Shown here one piece after another: positions 9,161-16,616 of a stretch of 21,625 nt of DNA. Source of the DNA: a virus (taxonomy: Duplodnaviria > Heunggongvirae > Uroviricota > Caudoviricetes); IMG/VR virus record IMGVR_UViG_2563366928_000011; one strand, written 5' to 3'. The notes beneath the pieces were generated by a model, which was not told the origin of the DNA, searched no databases, and saw only the letters and a list, made by a program, of their open reading frames with translations. The position numbers and the translations under genes were made by a program. Each line of letters opens with the position of its first letter. The stretch's first letter is position 1.

Positions 9161-9322
9161 TCACATACAGCCTGCCAGCGCCTTATCTATTAACCCTCGT
9201 GCAATTTCATGCAGAGTTGGCGCTACTCCAATTCCTGATTTTTTACGCTGCTCTTCCTGAATTTTCTTTATCGCTTCCATTTGCTTCTCACTTATCAATA
9301 CCGGCTTTACTGAAATAGCCAT
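9161..9322 (-). CDS. Small RHH-like putative regulator (53 aa, below ORF-track cutoff)
   Basis: Own translation of the minus strand: MAISVKPVLISEKQMEAIKKIQEEQRKKSGIGVAPTLHEIARGLIDKALAGCM. ATG 9322-9320, TGA 9163-9161. AAGGGGG RBS 5 nt upstream. Strand-helix-helix pattern. Confidence 0.4.
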   Translation of the reverse strand: MAISVKPVLISEKQMEAIKKIQEEQRKKSGIGVAPTLHEIARGLIDKALAGCM

Positions 9323-9335
9323 AACGCCCCCTTAG

Positions 9336-9355
9336 AACTGTATAAAACAACAGTT
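9336..9355. promoter_or_regulatory. Palindrome AACTGT-N8-ACAGTT immediately upstream of the small RHH ORF
   Basis: Read directly: AACTGT 9336-9341 and ACAGTT 9350-9355. Candidate operator for autoregulation. Confidence 0.3.
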
Positions 9356-9417
9356 ATTATAGTTTCACAAATCGCAATATTCATCATTGTAATTGCAAAA
9401 TATGAAACAAATAGCAC

Positions 9418-9449
9418 AAAAAAATGCCACCGCTCAGTAGCTGGTGGCA
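9418..9449 (-). terminator. Intrinsic terminator for the leftward satellite operon
   Basis: On the minus strand: 7-bp stem TGCCACC/GGTGGCA with 11-nt loop followed by TTTTTTT (plus-strand A-run 9418-9424, hairpin 9425-9449). Confidence 0.5.
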
Positions 9450-9815
9450 TCGTTCTGTATGTCAGGTTTTGACAGGTTTTTTATGGACTCTAAAAACTAT
9501 ATTTATGGTGTCGCATTACTCTTCACGGCAGGTGCTTTTCAGTTCTGCCCTTGCTTCTGGCTCCATTGGTAATTTGATTCGCGATCAGCTATGCGGATGG
9601 TTTGCTGAACAGGCATAACAACATCTCAGAGGCTATTTTTTGAACTACGAAAATTTCGTAGGTCTCTCCTTCAAAAACGTCACGCCCTTGTACACTGGAT
9701 TTTACAAAAGTCTCGTAAAACTCTTTGCTGTTCTGGGCTACGTGCCAAACCGCAGCGAATACCTCCGTCTGCCAGATGAGCAAAACATACCTTATAAAGA
9801 AAATCGCTGTTTTTG

Positions 9816-9920
9816 CTGTACCACCTGTACCACCATGTCACAAACCCTTGTGTGGCGCGGCCTGCAGGTGGTACAGGTGGGTAAAAATGACCTCTCCCCA
9901 CCTGTACAGACCTGTACCAT
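9816..9920. repeat. Iteron cluster A (CTGTACCACC / GGTGGTACAGG motifs incl. 14-bp perfect inverted repeat)
   Basis: CCACCTGTACCACC at 9821-9834 and its exact reverse complement GGTGGTACAGGTGG at 9867-9880. Further copies at 9816-9825, 9898-9908 and 9911-9919. Confidence 0.55.
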
Positions 9921-9924
9921 TTAT

Positions 9925-10662
9925 TTAATTTTTACTCATAGCAGCACATAATCCCTTTTTTGAAATATTGAAAAATGCGTTCATTCTTCCCGCTGGCTTA
10001 ACCTTGTAGCCGCTTGCCACCATCGCCGCAATAAATGCTCCGTTGGGGATATAGTGCGGGTGATCACTGTGCTGGTGGTTTATCTGGTTATATCGCTCCA
10101 CTTCATGCTTCAACGTGTCAGATGTGGGGTTATCCTGCGGGAAGCTCTCAATCTGGGCATTACTCATCCCGTTGTCTCTGATCCATCTCAGGCAGCTTTT
10201 CGCCGATACGATAAATGACGGGTTATCAAGCGGTTTTTCCCAGTCCGCATTCCGGTTGTGGAGCGCCAGTCCGTCAAGGTTAAATTGTGGGTATTCAGCG
10301 GTAATTACTGTCACTGCGTGGCGGATTTCAGTCTCGTCACAACATGGCTCATCTCCCACACCAGCAGGGTAATAATCTGAACCACCGGGACTGATACAGC
10401 GTTTACCACTGAAAGGCCATTGCTTCGCCATTTCGGGTGTTGAGTGATTACCGTCGCTCCGTTCGCGCTGTGCCTCTGTCCACTGGCTGGCATATTCAGT
10501 AAATGAAACCCTTTGCCCCTGACGCATCCAGTGCGCAATCATAATTAAAGTGCGTTCCAGACTTTGGATGTCGCCAGCATTCCCGCACTGTGTAGCGAAA
10601 CTTTTTAATTCTTCGCGCTCCGTTCTGGTCATTCCCTGCGGTATGCAATAGTTATTGCTCAT
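9925..10662 (-). CDS. Hypothetical protein (245 aa), cargo gene downstream of primase
   Basis: ORF with Cys/His/Trp-containing, protein-like composition. Start ATG at 10662 overlaps the stop of the 76-aa ORF. No family recognised. Confidence 0.55.
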   Translation of the reverse strand: MSNNYCIPQGMTRTEREELKSFATQCGNAGDIQSLERTLIMIAHWMRQGQRVSFTEYASQWTEAQRERSDGNHSTPEMAKQWPFSGKRCISPGGSDYYPAGVGDEPCCDETEIRHAVTVITAEYPQFNLDGLALHNRNADWEKPLDNPSFIVSAKSCLRWIRDNGMSNAQIESFPQDNPTSDTLKHEVERYNQINHQHSDHPHYIPNGAFIAAMVASGYKVKPAGRMNAFFNISKKGLCAAMSKN

Positions 10663-10882
10663 GTTTTACCTCTCTGATTTCTGCTGCCATATCTGTTGGC
10701 TCTATACAGCCGTCCCGACTTGCCACGCAGGGAATAATGATTTCAACGGTATCGCCGTCAATACACATTTCAACATTCGCCCATGCCGCAATGGGTAGCC
10801 AGTCTGAACGCCCCTCAAACCGTAGCTGCCAGCCAGAGGAAGAAGCTAACTGGCGCACTTTGTAAAATGGTGTGCTCATCAT
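10652..10882 (-). CDS. Hypothetical small protein (76 aa)
   Basis: ORF translationally coupled to the 245-aa gene. Lies immediately downstream of iteron cluster B. Confidence 0.45.
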   Translation of the reverse strand: MMSTPFYKVRQLASSSGWQLRFEGRSDWLPIAAWANVEMCIDGDTVEIIIPCVASRDGCIEPTDMAAEIREVKHEQ

Positions 10883-10926
10883 TGGTTGTTCCCTCTCAGC
10901 CAGCCAGAAGAAATGCGTTTGTTAAT

Positions 10927-11029
10927 GGTATAGGTGGTACAGGTCTGGTATAGGTAAGATATTGACCTGTACCACTATAACACATTGTTTTTAATGATGA
11001 ATTAGCAAAGTGGTATAGGTGGTACAGGT
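10927..11029. repeat. Iteron cluster B (two direct copies of GGTATAGGTGGTACAGGT plus partial and inverted copies)
   Basis: GGTATAGGTGGTACAGGT at 10927-10944 and 11012-11029. Partial GGTATAGGT at 10947-10955. Inverted CCTGTACCAC at 10966-10975. Shares the 13-mer AGGTGGTACAGGT with cluster A. Confidence 0.55.
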
Positions 11030-11058
11030 AAAAACGATCTTCTTGTAAAAAGACTATA

Positions 11059-13413
11059 TTAAAAAACATCATAACCCCCCATACCGATCAGACGGGCAAA
11101 CGCAGCCTGTAGAACTCCGACCTCTGGTAGTTCGTAGAACACGCCATTCCCTCGGTCTGGTCTTCCATGCTTCACCAGCCCCATTTGTGCAAGTGATTTA
11201 CCCAGTAGTGATCTGGCAGCTGGTTCTTTAAGCTTTTCCCCACGCTCAAGCGACCACGCTACAAACCGACTAACCATATCCTTTGCAAACAAACGGACTT
11301 CGCCATTAAACGGAGGTTCATTGATTAGCTCGCCATAAAGAAACAATTCAACGCCAGACAGCCCCAGCAAGATTTCTTCACGTAAGGCATCGGTCTGTGG
11401 CGCTCGTTGAGGGTCAAAACCTGAGAGATCCACCCCTTTAAGATGCCAAAGCAACTTTGCGGCACCGCCATCATTAAGCCAACTGTACAGCCGATCAAAA
11501 TACTCCCGGCTCTGTGCTTTTTCAGGAGATGGCTCAAGCACGAGATAGCGACGCTCTCTTATCCCTGCCTGTAATACCTGTGTGCTGTTACTGGCAAATA
11601 TCAACCGGGCAAAATTCGGCATTGGTTCAGCATCAATTCCCTTGCGCTCAAGGTTAAACGTCGGTTCGCTAATAATCGCTTTAAGTCTGTCAGCTTCAGA
11701 CGGCTTGTGGATCGTCACTTCGTCAGCAAATACCAGTAGCTTGTTAGCAAGTATTGAATTGAAGCGCCCTGAAATATGTCCCGCCCCGTTAATGTGGGCG
11801 GCGTACTGCCCCAGTATTTGCAGCAGCGGTTTAACCGTTGTGCCTTTCCCTGTGCCCGGGACAGATTTCATCACGATTGCCACGGACGGTTTTTCATCAG
11901 GCTTTTGGATAATGTGCGCCATCCACTGGATAAGATATTGGTATGCCTCTTCATTACCGGCACAGACAACCTGCAACAGGTGATTAAGGTATACCGTGCA
12001 ATCTCCTTCAATTGGTTCCAGTGCCAGCCCCTCATACAGATTAAAAACATCGTCAGGGCATTTGTCTGGTACTGGATAAAATCCTACGCCTCCTGGCTTG
12101 TAGTTCTTCCCACTCCATGACAGCCACGCCGATCCCGCCAGCTTTCTGGCGACTCTCGGTTTATGATGAAAATAATGCTGAAATTGTGATAAATCCTCGA
12201 AAACGTGCGATACACCGCCGGTTTGAGAAGGCTTTAGCGACACCACCTTGTGTTTCCCGCCGATGGTGACATGCGTAAACGTCCGGTTGATTTCTTCGAG
12301 GACAGCAATTTCATCATCGCTTAACACCTCGCCAGAACTGATCTCATTCAGCGCCCCGACTGACTGTTTGTGATTTTTCACCTGCGCCCCTTTCCCCCGT
12401 GGCTGGTACATCGAATCTTTAAATGCTGCTGTGGCTGCCGCCAGCCCGTGTTGTTGGTGATAGTCGTTCCAGTCGGCTTTATAGTCAGTCGGTGGCAGAG
12501 ACACCCTGCCAGCTACGGAAATAGCGGCCCTCTCTGCGGCATCTTTCCCCGTGTTGATCCCTCCACTTTCTGAGTCTCCTTGCTGGTGATCGTTATCTGC
12601 GGCAATGATGATTTGTGCCTGCGGATATGTTCTGCGCATGACTTCCGCTACTGGCAACAGGTTGCCAGCGTCGATTGCTGCCACTGTCATTGCGTCAGGG
12701 CGAATTAAATGGCACGACAGGGCGGTAGCCACCCCCTCAGCAATTATGATGCTGTGAGGTCGTTTCTGTGCGTTTATGGCGTGATATGCCCCCCGCTTTG
12801 CCGAACCTGTCAGGAGTCTTTTTTCACCATGTGAGGTAATAGTCTGTGCTGCTGTGACTGCGCCGGATTTATCCACCAGCGCCAGCAACAGAGATCCATC
12901 GGGCAACACGGGGAATGTAAAATCACCTACCCCTTTCGCAACCAGATAATCAGATTTGCCGTTTACAGCCTTTCTGCGCATGTCATCAAACTGACGGGAA
13001 AACGTATCCCGTCTTTGTTGTTCGTCCTTCTCTGCCCTTTTCAGGCGCTCCTGTTCGCGTCGCTGGCGCTCGGTTTCCAGTTGTTCCCGTTTCTGGCTGG
13101 TGGCTTCTGGTGTTTCCGTTGTCCGGTAATCAATACCCAGAACATCAGCGGCAAGAAGCGCCGCCTCTGTTGTGTCGCAGTTATTTACGCGTTTAATTAA
13201 ATCCAGCCCATCACCAGCGCCGCACTGATTACAGATGAAGCTACCGCGCCCGTTGTCATCGAACCGGAATCGATCTTTTCCCCCACATGCAGGGCAGGGA
13301 GCATGACGGCGCGGAGAGTCAGGGACATTTATGTTCAGGCAGCCCAGCACATGAGGCCAGTTGTTTTCAGACGCACTGATAACCTGACGGATAAGATCAA
13401 TGTTTCGCATCAC
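11059..13413 (-). CDS. P4-family primase-helicase (zinc-binding + TOPRIM + P-loop NTPase)
   Basis: 784-aa ORF. Zn-ribbon CPACGGKDRFRFDD..FICNQCG. TOPRIM signature IIIAEGVATALS and AADND. Walker A VPGTGKGT in the C-terminal half. Likely start is ATG at 13410 after a GGGG RBS. Confidence 0.9.
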   Translation of the reverse strand: MMRNIDLIRQVISASENNWPHVLGCLNINVPDSPRRHAPCPACGGKDRFRFDDNGRGSFICNQCGAGDGLDLIKRVNNCDTTEAALLAADVLGIDYRTTETPEATSQKREQLETERQRREQERLKRAEKDEQQRRDTFSRQFDDMRRKAVNGKSDYLVAKGVGDFTFPVLPDGSLLLALVDKSGAVTAAQTITSHGEKRLLTGSAKRGAYHAINAQKRPHSIIIAEGVATALSCHLIRPDAMTVAAIDAGNLLPVAEVMRRTYPQAQIIIAADNDHQQGDSESGGINTGKDAAERAAISVAGRVSLPPTDYKADWNDYHQQHGLAAATAAFKDSMYQPRGKGAQVKNHKQSVGALNEISSGEVLSDDEIAVLEEINRTFTHVTIGGKHKVVSLKPSQTGGVSHVFEDLSQFQHYFHHKPRVARKLAGSAWLSWSGKNYKPGGVGFYPVPDKCPDDVFNLYEGLALEPIEGDCTVYLNHLLQVVCAGNEEAYQYLIQWMAHIIQKPDEKPSVAIVMKSVPGTGKGTTVKPLLQILGQYAAHINGAGHISGRFNSILANKLLVFADEVTIHKPSEADRLKAIISEPTFNLERKGIDAEPMPNFARLIFASNSTQVLQAGIRERRYLVLEPSPEKAQSREYFDRLYSWLNDGGAAKLLWHLKGVDLSGFDPQRAPQTDALREEILLGLSGVELFLYGELINEPPFNGEVRLFAKDMVSRFVAWSLERGEKLKEPAARSLLGKSLAQMGLVKHGRPDRGNGVFYELPEVGVLQAAFARLIGMGGYDVF

Positions 13414-13768
13414 CGTACCCCACGTGGTCTATAGCGTTTGCGATATGGCTAACCAGCATCTGCCACTTGGTTATTCCGTAATCAGTCAGCATGCCATCAT
13501 TGTTTAGCCACATATCAAATTCAGCGGTTGTCGCAAGTTTCCACTTATCGCCGTGGACAGTCCTCATTGCTGGGTACATGAATGCGCAAATCAGATCACA
13601 AACATCTGACGGCTTCAGAGATGTAGTAATGGTGCGTCCCTCTGGCGTCTGAATTGCCATTTTCTCTTCACCAGTAGAATGAAGGTTATGAATCCACACA
13701 GCACCAGCAATCTTTGCCACCTGCTCTCCGATTGCGGAGCTAAGCGCCATTTCTGCATTTTCACGCAT
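13397..13768 (-). CDS. Hypothetical protein (123 aa)
   Basis: ATG at 13768 preceded by GGGAGG and overlapping the upstream stop. Stop overlaps the primase start. Confidence 0.55.
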   Translation of the reverse strand: MRENAEMALSSAIGEQVAKIAGAVWIHNLHSTGEEKMAIQTPEGRTITTSLKPSDVCDLICAFMYPAMRTVHGDKWKLATTAEFDMWLNNDGMLTDYGITKWQMLVSHIANAIDHVGYGDAKH

Positions 13769-14102
13769 GAGAACCTCCCGCTACAGTTGCGCCCATGTCA
13801 TTAACCATGCTTTGCCATATCTCACGCCCGACGCCAGTCAATCCGTCCTTAGTGACGCAACGCTCAAGAAGCTCGATCCCCACGGTTTCCCACTGCGGGT
13901 AGAACACTTTCATGGCTGCCAGTGTGTAGCTATCGATCAGGCTGCGAACGCCTTTTACTCCATTGACGATTTCCACACGTACGGCCTCGCCGTCCGCATC
14001 AACCATGAAATAGTCCCCGCCGCTGGTGGAGGTAATGTGGTTATACAGTGCCGACGCATACTTATTTGCCAGCGCATTCAGTCGGAAATTTTTAGTAATC
14101 AT
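13761..14102 (-). CDS. Hypothetical protein (113 aa)
   Basis: ATG at 14102 preceded by GGAG. 10-nt gap to the upstream gene. Confidence 0.55.
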   Translation of the reverse strand: MITKNFRLNALANKYASALYNHITSTSGGDYFMVDADGEAVRVEIVNGVKGVRSLIDSYTLAAMKVFYPQWETVGIELLERCVTKDGLTGVGREIWQSMVNDMGATVAGGSHA

Positions 14103-14112
14103 GGCTCCATCC

Positions 14113-14715
14113 TCAGTGCGTCACTGGTTCCGCTGGCATGCCGTTTTCATTCAGTTCAGCTATAAAGCTGTTGTGAAGTTCAGCAAGCGTTTCACGACCA
14201 AATGGAGTCAGTGCTCCTTGTTCCACATCCATCATGGCTCTGTAGAAAATGATGGCGCGTTCTGTGCCAGACTCGATGCCAAAACGTTCTATCATCGCTC
14301 CCTCAATGTTGTTTGCCATAGCGAGGCGCTCTGCTACTGGATACAGCGGCATGGCGACGATGCCGTTGGAATAAACAGCCACTTCGGAAGGATTGCCAGT
14401 ATCATCAATGATGCTGACAGTGCCGTTTTCCTCTCTCATTTCCAGCATGAATACTGTTGCGATCAGCCATCTCCACATAATGACGTTATGCTGTGATGTG
14501 TAATCGAAATATCCCTGGTTGCCGCCATCGGCAATAGCGAGATGTATTGACATACCTTCATCTGGTTTATCGTCATAATCCCCGGCATCCAGACGATTTA
14601 CGGCATCAATATATGAGACGGCCTCAACGCGTTCTGTCATGCCATCGTTGCTGCGGTACATGATGTTTACGCCGTCAGGCGTTGCTTCTGCATGGAAAGT
14701 TAAGAAATTATTCAT
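14113..14715 (-). CDS. Hypothetical strongly acidic protein (about 200 aa)
   Basis: Start revised from the track ORF (14820) to ATG at 14715: GAGG RBS and ATGAATAA overlap with the upstream stop. Many Asp/Glu, very few Lys. Confidence 0.5.
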   Translation of the reverse strand: MNNFLTFHAEATPDGVNIMYRSNDGMTERVEAVSYIDAVNRLDAGDYDDKPDEGMSIHLAIADGGNQGYFDYTSQHNVIMWRWLIATVFMLEMREENGTVSIIDDTGNPSEVAVYSNGIVAMPLYPVAERLAMANNIEGAMIERFGIESGTERAIIFYRAMMDVEQGALTPFGRETLAELHNSFIAELNENGMPAEPVTH

Positions 14716-14929
14716 GTTTCGCCTCGCCTGAATGATTCTGTAACTCATATTTGCCCAACAATTCGTCCGCTTCCTGAATAGCTTCTGGTACGCCATTGAG
14801 CAGTGACATAACCGCGCCAATCATTAACTTGTCTCTGTTGCTGGGGCTGGCCCCTTCAAGCCAGAACCCTAAAACAGTCTGAACCTGTTCGATGCGACAT
14901 TGCGCTTCAATGAGCTGGATGTTGGTCAT
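14708..14929 (-). CDS. Hypothetical small protein (73 aa)
   Basis: ATG at 14929 overlaps the upstream TGA (ATGA). GGAG RBS. Confidence 0.5.
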   Translation of the reverse strand: MTNIQLIEAQCRIEQVQTVLGFWLEGASPSNRDKLMIGAVMSLLNGVPEAIQEADELLGKYELQNHSGEAKHE

Positions 14930-15189
14930 TTCGCACTCTCCACATCGATTAAACCGATATCTATCAGGGAGGTAACTTTTTGTAGCCAGCTATTGATTAC
15001 TGTCGCCTGTTCCCCTCCCACCGAGGGAACAATCTCATTCATCACATGAACCAGACCTGTGCGCGCTCTGGTAAGCCGTTCAGTCGCGCAATCTGCGGGA
15101 GTGAATGTGTCTGGATATGGCTCTTCACGCCCCAGCAATGATTCAATTTCCAGCTCACACGGATGACGATAAATTAAGTTGATATTCAT
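14926..15189 (-). CDS. Hypothetical small acidic protein (87 aa)
   Basis: ATG at 15189 overlaps the upstream TGA. GGGGGTGA RBS. Confidence 0.5.
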   Translation of the reverse strand: MNINLIYRHPCELEIESLLGREEPYPDTFTPADCATERLTRARTGLVHVMNEIVPSVGGEQATVINSWLQKVTSLIDIGLIDVESAK

Positions 15190-15380
15190 TTTTCACCCCC
15201 AAGAATTACCAGCTCGGCACGGGCATCGTTAACCAAAGATGAGCACGCTTTAATCGCATCCACGACATCAGCAGCGTCCATTTCTTCAGCCGAAAGACTG
15301 ACAGCAACCAGGACAGCCGCTGCTTGCTCGATTAATTGAAGTGCGGACGTAAGGCGAGGGGTATTAATTGAGTTATTCAT
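15186..15380 (-). CDS. Hypothetical small protein (about 64 aa)
   Basis: Start revised from 15437 to ATG at 15380: GGGGG RBS and ATGAATAA overlap with the stop of the upstream reading frame. Confidence 0.45.
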   Translation of the reverse strand: MNNSINTPRLTSALQLIEQAAAVLVAVSLSAEEMDAADVVDAIKACSSLVNDARAELVILGGEK

Positions 15381-16440
15381 TGGTTGCCCCCGTTTTTCCT
15401 GGCATTTCGCCACCTTCCAGCAGGAAATGAACGTCACGAACGGCGAGATCCAATATCGCGAGTAACGCCTTCAGTCTTTCGTCTCGTGAGGGAGAGTTGC
15501 TCACCAGAATGTCGTTAATCACTTCTGTCAGTGTGATGATCTGGCTTGTGCGTTCGAGGGGATCCATATGCACATCGTAGGTTTTAATCATGTGCCACCT
15601 CCATGCGGATACGACCAGCAAAAAAGCAGATGTGATCGCGCACCAGAGAACGGCGAGCATCGCGTTCAGACTCGGCAGCAATATGATGAATTTTGGCGGT
15701 AATTGTCGGGCAATCGCGGCGAACTGCGGCGATAATCCAGATAAATTGCGGTTTTTGGGTAGGGGTAGTAGCCAGCATGTGGCAGCCTCCATTCGATAGC
15801 ATGTAACGCTACCACCGGAAACGCCAATTTCGCTGGTGGTAGCCCAGACAGGGTTGGCGTAACCGGCTCGAATGGATACCGGCGCTTCCGAAGAAGCCCC
15901 TGCCTGAGCCACCATTGATTGACAAAGGCGCTGGATTATACACCAACGCCCAAAAAATGGGTGAGTCAGACCTACGACATAAAAAAAGACGCTCGGCGCG
16001 TCATATGTCGCCATTCGATTTACCAGGACGCCAATCCCGGCACCCGTTTTATGAGGTGCCTTATAACCATAAACCGTGTTGCCGCATAACGGCAAGCTCT
16101 TTTTTATGGACTCCGAAAACTCACTATTGGAAGAACCAGAAGCACAGTACATCGCGCTCATTTCGTTAACGTCACGCGCGTGGACGAATGTTTTTGTGGA
16201 GTCACTACACGAGCGGAAGACATCATCTACGACCAGAAATTTTCTGGCGCAGCCGCTGACCTTCTCAAGGCTAATATCATCGCCCGAGATTTCTGGTATG
16301 GTTAAGGCATCCGTTCCGACCACCAGCAAATGATAAACTTTGCTTGTATCTGCTGTATTAATGCCTGACTTTGCCGTCATATTTCTGGATTTTGGCGACA
16401 TGCCAGCCAGTGAAAATGTCTTCTTCTGGACGGGTATCAT
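15373..16440 (-). CDS. Hypothetical protein; long ORF of uncertain internal structure
   Basis: ATG at 16440 with GGAGG RBS and ATGA overlap with the upstream stop. First ~170 residues look protein-like. Residues ~170-283 are W/C/S-rich (junk-like). Last 72 aa are again protein-like with their own GGAGG RBS (ATG 15591). Confidence 0.4.
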   Translation of the reverse strand: MIPVQKKTFSLAGMSPKSRNMTAKSGINTADTSKVYHLLVVGTDALTIPEISGDDISLEKVSGCARKFLVVDDVFRSCSDSTKTFVHARDVNEMSAMYCASGSSNSEFSESIKKSLPLCGNTVYGYKAPHKTGAGIGVLVNRMATYDAPSVFFYVVGLTHPFFGRWCIIQRLCQSMVAQAGASSEAPVSIRAGYANPVWATTSEIGVSGGSVTCYRMEAATCWLLPLPKNRNLSGLSPQFAAIARQLPPKFIILLPSLNAMLAVLWCAITSAFLLVVSAWRWHMIKTYDVHMDPLERTSQIITLTEVINDILVSNSPSRDERLKALLAILDLAVRDVHFLLEGGEMPGKTGATNE

Positions 16441-16616
16441 TGGTTAACCTCCGCGAACTCCTTCATGAAACGCGCCAGCGGTTGTACGCATGGCGATTGA
16501 TACCCGTCGCGATAAAACGTCACTCGGTTGTGAGACACGCTTTCGACAGTAACGAGTGCTCCGTGGGCATCTTTGTAGCGTTTTTGTGGTTGTGGTGTTC
16601 CTGTTGGCTTAGACAT
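16437..16616 (-). CDS. Hypothetical small protein (about 59 aa)
   Basis: Start revised from 16703 to ATG at 16616: GGAGG RBS and ATGTCTAA overlap with the antirepressor-like gene stop. Confidence 0.45.
   Translation of the reverse strand: MSKPTGTPQPQKRYKDAHGALVTVESVSHNRVTFYRDGYQSPCVQPLARFMKEFAEVNQ

Noticed and set aside
9424-9951. ORFs 9424..9618 (+), 9589..9783 (-), 9640..9951 (+), 9680..9901 (-) and 9725..9928 (+)
   Set aside because: Non-ATG starts where checked, no RBS, and they read through the iteron repeats and the terminator hairpin. Treated as non-coding regulatory DNA.
9816-11029. Possible CRISPR array suggested by short recurring repeats
   Set aside because: Repeats are irregularly spaced, occur in both orientations, and flank protein-coding genes rather than unique spacers; no cas genes. 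Interpreted as iterons.
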